A DNA stretch of 64,000 bases, from assembly GCA_016936665.1 (NCBI GenBank), contig JAFGXI010000010.1:5868-69867 (forward strand), written 5' to 3'. The first letter of the stretch is position 1, and the number at the start of each line of letters is the position of its first letter. The notes under the pieces are model-generated. The model saw nothing but the letters and a program-made list of their open reading frames with translations, made no database searches and was not told the origin of the DNA. A program made the position numbers and the translations under genes. Below are positions 49,865 to 56,605 of the stretch, one piece after another. The DNA is from Bacteroidales bacterium (GTDB lineage Bacteria; Bacteroidota; Bacteroidia; Bacteroidales; JAFGXI01).

Positions 49865-49900
49865 AAAAGCCTTCTGCAATTTGCAAAAGGCCAATCTTTT
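49865..49900. terminator. Imperfect bidirectional hairpin between convergent genes
   Basis: GCCTTcTGCA-ATT-TGCAaAAGGC, flanked by an A-run and a T-run. Confidence 0.5.
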
Positions 49901-49913
49901 AATTATTTATTTT

Positions 49914-50900
49914 TTACTTTCCGCTATCGGAAAAATATTTCATAAACTGAGCTCGCTCTAACATCATTGGATTTTTAATGTTTTTCTGATTCAATTTGCC
50001 TCTATATTCTTCAATTGAGGCATACTTTTTTTCATCCATCCATTGCTCTAATGCATGAACTGTTTCGGTAATATGAGAAGCTCCTTTTTCATAAATAGCA
50101 GAAACCATTTGTGTAGTAGTTGCCCCTACCAATAAATTACTAATCACTTCTTTAGCAGAGTGAACACCTGTGCTAGCCGATAAATCACAAGTAACTTTAC
50201 CGCTTAAAATGCTCATCCAGCGTAAAGTATTAGCGTTATCTTCTGCCTTTGAAAAGATTGGTGCAGCAACAATTTTTTCATGTTCGATATCTACAGCCGG
50301 GCTGTAAAATTTATTAAATAAAGTGATGCCTTTAATTCCCGTTTTTGACAATTCTAACATAAAATTGGCTAAACCAGAAAAATAACTGCTTAATTTAATT
50401 GCAACAGGAATTTTCACCACATTTAAAAGCTCTTTTACAATTCTTAAATAATTCTCCTCTAATGTTCTACCGTCTTTATCAAAGTCGGCAGGCATAACAA
50501 AAAGATTAACTTCTAGTGCATCGGCACCAGCTTGTTCTACATTTTTTGCAAAAGAAACCCATTCTGCATTGTCGAAACAATTAATACTAGCAATTACAGG
50601 AATGCTTACCGAGGATTTGGTATTTTTTATTAGCTGAATGTATTGATCTACAGAGTGCTTTTTCAAATAAAAACCTAAGTAATTTTCGATATGATCGAAG
50701 GTCCCTGACATGTTATTAACGCGCTCTGCATCAATATCCATCAAAATTTGCTCTTCAAATAAAGACTTTAAAATGATAGCTCCCGCACCGGCATCAGCCC
50801 ATTCTTTGTTTTTATCGGCATGATTAGTTAACTCCGAACTACCAACAATAATGGGATTTTTAAGCGTTAATCCTAAATATTTTGTTGTTAAATTAGCCAT
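49914..50900 (-). CDS. Dihydroorotate dehydrogenase-like FMN (TIM-barrel) protein lacking the canonical catalytic Cys/Ser loop; last gene of the Mrp-MBX-like operon
   Basis: DHOD class-1-like N-terminus (LGLTLKNPIIVGSSELT, IPVIASIN, GADALEVN). Where DHOD/DPD have N-L-S-C-P-N/H this protein reads NLFVMPAD. It has no C-terminal ferredoxin domain. Confidence 0.78.
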   Translation of the reverse strand: MANLTTKYLGLTLKNPIIVGSSELTNHADKNKEWADAGAGAIILKSLFEEQILMDIDAERVNNMSGTFDHIENYLGFYLKKHSVDQYIQLIKNTKSSVSIPVIASINCFDNAEWVSFAKNVEQAGADALEVNLFVMPADFDKDGRTLEENYLRIVKELLNVVKIPVAIKLSSYFSGLANFMLELSKTGIKGITLFNKFYSPAVDIEHEKIVAAPIFSKAEDNANTLRWMSILSGKVTCDLSASTGVHSAKEVISNLLVGATTTQMVSAIYEKGASHITETVHALEQWMDEKKYASIEEYRGKLNQKNIKNPMMLERAQFMKYFSDSGK

Positions 50901-50968
50901 TTTATATGTTTTTTAAGATTAAAAAAAGTTTGGCTAAGTTAAACTAGCTCAGCCAAACAATATAAAAA

Positions 50969-52774
50969 TTAACGTCCTTGATTTAAGAATTTATCAATAC
51001 CCATAGCTGCTCTGTGTCCGTTAGCAATACCATGAATTACGTCTGGTCCTTCAATAATATCGCCCCCTACAAATAACCAAGGTAAACCTTTAGCTTGGAA
51101 GTCTGCATCTACAACAATTCGACCTCTGTTATTAAATTCTATTTTAGATTTAATTTCTTCTGTTAAATAAGACAAGTCCATTCCTTGACCTATTGATTCG
51201 ATAACCATATCGCCTTCGAAAACGCGTTCTTCAGCTTGATCAAATTTTGGATTAAACATGCCTTTCTCATCGAATATCGATAGACATTTCCAAACTTTAA
51301 GCCCTTTAACTTTACCATCTTCGATGATGATTTCCTGAGGGCCGTATCCCGGAATTATAGAACAACCTTCTTCTCTTGCTTCAACAATTTCTTCTCTATC
51401 GGCAGGCATGTGCTCTTCGTCTTCTAGCGAAGTTGTAATCACATTAACTTTACCGAACTGTTGCATTTGAAGACGAGCCATAGAGCGAGTAATGTCCATT
51501 GCCACATTACCACCACCAATTACAACCACTCTTTCTTTTACAGGCACTGGTTTTTCGAGTACGATATCACGAAGTAAATCGACCGATTGGTAAACATTTT
51601 CGTTATCTGAACCGGGAATACGGGTCGAACGACCTAAATGTAAACCTGTGCCAGAGAATACTGCATCGTAATCTTTTTCTAACTGTTCCAGCGTGATGTC
51701 TGTTCCTATATTAACATTGTATTTAAATTCAACACCCAAGGCGGCGATATAATCCACATCTTTATCGATTTGGTCGTATGGTAAACGATATTCAGGAATA
51801 CCGTAACGCATCATACCCCCGGCTTTTGGTAATTTTTCGAAAATAGTACAAGAATACCCCAACAAGGCTAAATAATGTGCAGCTGATAATCCCGATGGAC
51901 CAGAACCAATGATAGCTATTTTTTTACCATTTTTAGCTAAATCGCCAGTACCTAGAATATCTTTATATTTATCGGTATCAGCCGGAATCTGATCGGCAAT
52001 ATAACGTTTTAACCAGCGGATCGATAATGCATCTCCAGTATGACCAACCGAACAAACATCTTCACATTTGTGCGTACAAATACGTCCACAAATTTCTGGA
52101 AGTGGATTAGTTTCGTATAACACACGCATACCTTCTTCCATATCGTCGTTACGAACTGCTTTAATGTATTCTGGAATACCCATATGCGCAGGACATGTTG
52201 CCGTACAAATACCGCAAGACACACATCTATCGGCCTCTTGCTGTGCCTGTTCTTTTGAATACCCTTTTACAAATTCTATAAATGAATCGCTACGCTCATC
52301 GGCATGTAATTCGCCCATATGAACGCGTTCTTTTCCGTAGAAGTTGTAATTTGGAACTGGCTTTCTCCAACCATCTTCTTTTTCGTACCAATCTTTAGGA
52401 TCAACTCCCGGAATAAATCTGAAGTTATCGGCATCGGTATCTACCCAAGTATATTCATTGGTTAATCGAAGCGAATCGGTTGTACAAATATCAACACAAA
52501 GCGCACACCAGCAACAACGACCATAATCAATCTTTGGTCTTAAGCCGCTGTCGCCACTTTTCGTGTCGATACCATCTACAGGTACCAAATCGATGGCTTG
52601 ATTTTCGCAAATTGCTTCACAAGTTCCACAACCAATACAAACATTGATGTCGTTATCGTGAAACCCCCTATATCTTGGTGCCGCTTCTCTTCCAATAGGG
52701 TTTTTAATGGTAACAGGATCTTTTAATACACCAGACCAAGCTGTAAACGGCGTAAATATATCTTTAATATTCAT
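50969..52774 (-). CDS. Fusion protein: NuoI/MbxN-like 2x[4Fe-4S] ferredoxin domain plus GltD/SudA/NfnB-like NAD(P)H-FAD oxidoreductase
   Basis: The N-terminal ~125 aa carry RYRGFH..CIGCGTCEAIC and CCWCALCVDIC (NuoI type). Next come the GltD-type Fe-S motifs CVSCGICTATCP and ICGRICTHKCEDVC. The FAD dinucleotide fold is KIAIIGSGPSGLSAA and the NAD(P)H fold is RVVVIGGGNVAMD. The C-terminus reads GGDIIEGPDVIHGIANGHRAA. Confidence 0.82.
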   Translation of the reverse strand: MNIKDIFTPFTAWSGVLKDPVTIKNPIGREAAPRYRGFHDNDINVCIGCGTCEAICENQAIDLVPVDGIDTKSGDSGLRPKIDYGRCCWCALCVDICTTDSLRLTNEYTWVDTDADNFRFIPGVDPKDWYEKEDGWRKPVPNYNFYGKERVHMGELHADERSDSFIEFVKGYSKEQAQQEADRCVSCGICTATCPAHMGIPEYIKAVRNDDMEEGMRVLYETNPLPEICGRICTHKCEDVCSVGHTGDALSIRWLKRYIADQIPADTDKYKDILGTGDLAKNGKKIAIIGSGPSGLSAAHYLALLGYSCTIFEKLPKAGGMMRYGIPEYRLPYDQIDKDVDYIAALGVEFKYNVNIGTDITLEQLEKDYDAVFSGTGLHLGRSTRIPGSDNENVYQSVDLLRDIVLEKPVPVKERVVVIGGGNVAMDITRSMARLQMQQFGKVNVITTSLEDEEHMPADREEIVEAREEGCSIIPGYGPQEIIIEDGKVKGLKVWKCLSIFDEKGMFNPKFDQAEERVFEGDMVIESIGQGMDLSYLTEEIKSKIEFNNRGRIVVDADFQAKGLPWLFVGGDIIEGPDVIHGIANGHRAAMGIDKFLNQGR

Positions 52775-52801
52775 CTTCTTAAATTTATTATTTATGAATT
52801 A

Positions 52802-53158
52802 TTATTTATTATTGTTCAAGACCATTGTTTTTCTGGATGCTATAAAAATGGATGTTAATGCCTTTGCTTCAGTTATTAATTCCTTAAGCAATTCTGGTTT
52901 AACTAATGCTTCATCTTTTATAAACTCTAACCAAAAAATACTTTCATCGGCCTCTTTAACGATATTTAATTTTGAAATAAAACTTTTCCCTGATTGTGCG
53001 ACACAAGCAACGCTATAAATATCTGCTACTGACGTTGAACATCTTATTATTTGACCACTGATATGTTTTCCTAAAGTATTTGTCGGCAAAGACAAACCCA
53101 ATTTAACACATCGGTGTGCAAATTCTTTTGTTCTCTCTATCAGTTCTTCTTTATTCAT
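52802..53158 (-). CDS. Four-helix-bundle protein (formerly 23S rRNA intervening-sequence protein family) inserted inside the operon
   Basis: 118 aa. The family pattern is ERTKEFAHRCVKL ... GKHISGQIIRCSTSVA ... SFISKLNIVKEADESIFWLEFI ... EAKALTSIFIASRKT. Confidence 0.8.
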   Translation of the reverse strand: MNKEELIERTKEFAHRCVKLGLSLPTNTLGKHISGQIIRCSTSVADIYSVACVAQSGKSFISKLNIVKEADESIFWLEFIKDEALVKPELLKELITEAKALTSIFIASRKTMVLNNNK

Positions 53159-53189
53159 TAATAAATATTCAATAATAAATAATCAATAC

Positions 53190-54386
53190 TTAGCGTTCGA
53201 TTTCCGGAGGACAAGTTTGTAATGAAACCATTAAGGCATGTATATCAGCAATATTAGTATTGACCAATAAATCTTCTAACAATGCTACTCCATGCGTATA
53301 GCTTGGCCCTCTTAAATTAACTCTTCGAGGTTTATCAGAACCATCTGTAACGTAGTACATTCCGTACTCTCCACGGCCACTCTCTATTCTAACATAAGTT
53401 TCGCCTTTAGGGATACGCCAGTTCAAAACGTTAGGCATTTGCGCTCTGATATCGCCTTTTTCCGGCATTTTAGCCATAATCTGACGAATAAGATCTACCG
53501 TTTGAATGAGTTCTTGCCAGCGTACAAAAGTACGTGCATATATATCGCCCTCCTCAGCTGTAGGAGGATCGAAATCTAATTGATCGTAAAATAAATATGG
53601 ATTATCTTTTCGCACATCTCGTTTTACACCAGAAGCTCGAGCGGTTGTTCCAACCACACCATATTTATCAACCATTTCCTTAGTTACAATGCCTTGGCCA
53701 ATCGAACGTTTTTTGAAAATAGCATTATCAAACATCAATTTTTTAATTCTAACAATAAAATCATCGATGTCTTTTAAATTATCTTCCATACGTGCTTTAA
53801 AACCTTCTGGTAATAAACCTCTAACACCGCCAGGAATAATATACATATGATACACACGAGCACCCGTTAATTCCTCGAAACGATCTAAAATAAGGTCTCT
53901 TAAATAAACACCCCATTGCACACCAATACCTAAAGAATAAGTCCCCGCTTGACCAGGTACTCCTCTAAGTAAACCTTGGAGACGCGCCATCTCTAAAGAT
54001 AACATTCTTAACCATTTAGCCATATCTGGTATTTGTTTATCATAACCAGAAAGCTCTTCGGTACAAGCTGCAATTAAATATTCGTTGGTGTCGGGCTCGG
54101 CCACACACATACGAATACTTGTAGGGAAGCCTTGAACGAACAAACGACGCTCAATTAATTTTTCGAAACCTCTATGTAAGTAACCCACATGCGTTTTACC
54201 TTCAACAATCTCATCACCATTTAGCGTTAGTTCCATTGCCATATTACCGGTAACTCCGGGGTGATTAGGCCCTAACCATAATTTTGTGTATTGGTGTGAT
54301 GACAAATCTATATTTAAACTGCCATCCTCATTGACAGAAGGATATTTACTTCTATCAGGTTTGAATCCAAAAAAATTATTCAACAT
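53190..54386 (-). CDS. NuoD / group-4 hydrogenase large-subunit homolog of MbxL/MbsL type (no complete NiFe site)
   Basis: LGPNHPG..., GYLHRGFEKLIE and the length match the Complex1_49kDa fold. The NiFe CxxC positions read RMCVAE and QTCPPEIER-stop. Confidence 0.85.
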   Translation of the reverse strand: MLNNFFGFKPDRSKYPSVNEDGSLNIDLSSHQYTKLWLGPNHPGVTGNMAMELTLNGDEIVEGKTHVGYLHRGFEKLIERRLFVQGFPTSIRMCVAEPDTNEYLIAACTEELSGYDKQIPDMAKWLRMLSLEMARLQGLLRGVPGQAGTYSLGIGVQWGVYLRDLILDRFEELTGARVYHMYIIPGGVRGLLPEGFKARMEDNLKDIDDFIVRIKKLMFDNAIFKKRSIGQGIVTKEMVDKYGVVGTTARASGVKRDVRKDNPYLFYDQLDFDPPTAEEGDIYARTFVRWQELIQTVDLIRQIMAKMPEKGDIRAQMPNVLNWRIPKGETYVRIESGRGEYGMYYVTDGSDKPRRVNLRGPSYTHGVALLEDLLVNTNIADIHALMVSLQTCPPEIER

Positions 54387-54948
54387 TTTTATTCTTTTTA
54401 GCAGTTACAGGTTGATTAGGATATAATTTCTCTCTCATATAAGTTGCAGGGTCGTTTGTTGTACGGCCACCACGTGGGAAGTATGTTTTTTCTGCATACT
54501 CATGAGTATCGAAATCTCGTAGCATATGAGGCTTATCTGTCCATCCTTCGAGTACGAAATTCTCTTCGACTCTCGGACTGCCCGGAAATTGGATTCCAAA
54601 GGCTTCTCTAATCTCACGTTGGTAAGTCCAAACCTGCTTCCAAAGATGATGTGCAGAAGTCATAGTAGGATTTTCTCTTTCGATCATCACTCGAAGTGCC
54701 ACATCACATCTTTGTTGAGGGTTATTAAGGATGTACGTTAATTGGAATTTGTTGTCTTCAATCCAATCGGCGCAGCTCATCATTACAAAATGAGCAAATC
54801 CTTCGTAGTCTCTCATGTAAGTAATGGCTTCGATAACCAATTCCTTACTTATGGTTGCAAACACCATGTTATCGCGCTGATAAATGATATCTTGCAAAGC
54901 ATATTTTGTATTTAATTTTTCAACTAATTCTTTCATCTTTACATCCAT
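54376..54948 (-). CDS. NuoC / MbxK-like 30-kDa subunit
   Basis: 190 aa, located between the NuoB-like and NuoD-like genes. Complex1_30kDa-like core (HLWKQVWTYQREIREAFGIQFPGSP). Its stop overlaps the NuoD-like start by 11 nt. Confidence 0.78.
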   Translation of the reverse strand: MDVKMKELVEKLNTKYALQDIIYQRDNMVFATISKELVIEAITYMRDYEGFAHFVMMSCADWIEDNKFQLTYILNNPQQRCDVALRVMIERENPTMTSAHHLWKQVWTYQREIREAFGIQFPGSPRVEENFVLEGWTDKPHMLRDFDTHEYAEKTYFPRGGRTTNDPATYMREKLYPNQPVTAKKNKNVE

Positions 54949-54951
54949 TAT

Positions 54952-55674
54952 TTACCAGTTATAATCAGGCATATTCCAATCTTTGATAATCTTTTTTTGA
55001 TTTGCCTTATACTCATCAAAGTTTCTAGCATACTCATTTGCTTTTTCTGCTTTTCCTTCTTTGATAAGCTCTTTTAATTTTCCGAAACCTGCTAATAGTG
55101 CTTCAGGACGTGGCATACAACCTGCAATGTAAACATCGACAGGAATGTATTTGTCTAATCGATTAATCGTGCTATAACTATCGTAATACATTCCGCCGTT
55201 AATGGTACAGCTACCAAGCGCTATCACATATTTAGGAGAAGGCATTTGCTCGTAACTACGAATCACCCTTTTCAAGGTTTTTACCGATAAGTATCCTGAA
55301 ATAATGAAAGCATTCGATTGACGAGGCGTAGGACGCATTTGAACGCCAAAGCGAAACATATCATAACGAGGAGTCACCAAAGGAGGAATTTCAATACTTC
55401 CACATCCTGTTCCAAAACCTAATACCCAGATACTCTCTGATCTTGCCCAGTTTAAAAATTTCTCAACAATGGCATTTTTTGGCTTTTCTTCTTTTGGACG
55501 CTCACCACTAAAATAGTCGTAAAGCGGGTTAATTTTTATGATAGAACCATCGGGTGCTACCACTTCTCTAACTTCATCTTCAGGTCTAACAAATGTTTTT
55601 TCGCTATTCTTTGCATTTTGCTCAGAACGCTCTAACATTTCTTGTACCTTGCTATTTATATTTAGTTCAGACAT
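54952..55674 (-). CDS. NuoB / MbxJ-like Fe-S subunit with only three cysteines
   Basis: Oxidored_q6 pattern: GFGTGCGSIE, RPTPRQSNAFIISG, LGSCTINGGMYY, PVDVYIAGCMPRPEAL. It has a ~70-aa N-terminal extension. Confidence 0.85.
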   Translation of the reverse strand: MSELNINSKVQEMLERSEQNAKNSEKTFVRPEDEVREVVAPDGSIIKINPLYDYFSGERPKEEKPKNAIVEKFLNWARSESIWVLGFGTGCGSIEIPPLVTPRYDMFRFGVQMRPTPRQSNAFIISGYLSVKTLKRVIRSYEQMPSPKYVIALGSCTINGGMYYDSYSTINRLDKYIPVDVYIAGCMPRPEALLAGFGKLKELIKEGKAEKANEYARNFDEYKANQKKIIKDWNMPDYNW

Positions 55675-55692
55675 TTTATAATCTTCTTAAAA

Positions 55693-56601
55693 TTAGAAAC
55701 TGTACATTAAAATGGCAATGAAACCTAATAGTAGCGGAATCTTGAAAAACCAAGCTACCGATTGTTCTATTCTGAAACGAGGGAAAACCATACCTACGAA
55801 CACAGCATAGAAATATATTAGGAAACTTTTAATGATTAATTCAAACCAATTCGTAGCACCACCAAAAACCAAATTCATAAATAAAATGGTTTCCATTACG
55901 CCAAGAATATTTCCGCTAGTCATTAATACACCTAGATATGTTCCATGGTACTCTGTAGGAGGTCCAATTGGAATTTCGTTTGGTGCTTTTACTAAGTTAA
56001 AAGGAGAATATCCGAAAGCTCCTAATGCAGATAACATAATTGCGGCAGAGGCTACAGGATTAGTAAAAAATGACCAATGAAGAAAACCGCCTTGTTGAGC
56101 AGCAACGATTTCTGAAATTGATAAGGTTTGGTACTGAATAGCTAAAGCAATAATACCCATAGTCATTGGCAATTCAACAGCTGCGTGTTGTGCCAAACCT
56201 CTGGAAATACCGATAGCCGAGTGAGGTTGTCCGCCTTCACCGGCACCTAAAGCCATACCTAACATTCCAAATAATTGAAAGTATAAGATGAGAACCAAAT
56301 CCCCTTCAAATGAGAAGTTCATCCAAGCTTCTTTTCCGAATAAAATTGGCATAAATAAAAATAAACCAACAGCACCGGAAAAACGGAAAACTGGTCCTAA
56401 ATAGAACATTACACCATGTGTTAAAGTTGTTCGAACAGCAATATTTTTAATTAAATCGATCCATGGCTGACGAAAAGGAACGCCGTGACGTCCGGCCATG
56501 CGAGCTCCAATTTTTCTGAAAGTAACTCGCATTAACATTCCCCAGTTTAACACAATCATTAAACCGAGAAATGTATAAGCTATTTTTACGTATATATTCA
56601 T
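55693..56601 (-). CDS. NuoH / MbxM-like membrane subunit
   Basis: A polytopic membrane protein with the NuoH-type N-terminal loop RKIGARMAGRHGVPFRQPWIDLIKNI. The ATG at 56599-56601 is preferred over the TTG at 56616. Confidence 0.8.
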   Translation of the reverse strand: MNIYVKIAYTFLGLMIVLNWGMLMRVTFRKIGARMAGRHGVPFRQPWIDLIKNIAVRTTLTHGVMFYLGPVFRFSGAVGLFLFMPILFGKEAWMNFSFEGDLVLILYFQLFGMLGMALGAGEGGQPHSAIGISRGLAQHAAVELPMTMGIIALAIQYQTLSISEIVAAQQGGFLHWSFFTNPVASAAIMLSALGAFGYSPFNLVKAPNEIPIGPPTEYHGTYLGVLMTSGNILGVMETILFMNLVFGGATNWFELIIKSFLIYFYAVFVGMVFPRFRIEQSVAWFFKIPLLLGFIAILMYSF

Positions 56602-56605
56602 GTTA

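Noticed and set aside
53190-54386. Annotating the cluster as a [NiFe] hydrogenase (hyc/hyf/ech/mbh) or as complex I (nuo).
   Set aside because: Both CxxC NiFe motifs are incomplete (CxxE) and no hyp maturation genes are nearby, which argues against a hydrogenase. MrpE/F/G and MnhB-type subunits are present, NuoA/J/E/F/G are absent, and the NuoH-like gene lies before the NuoB-like gene, which argues against a canonical nuo operon.
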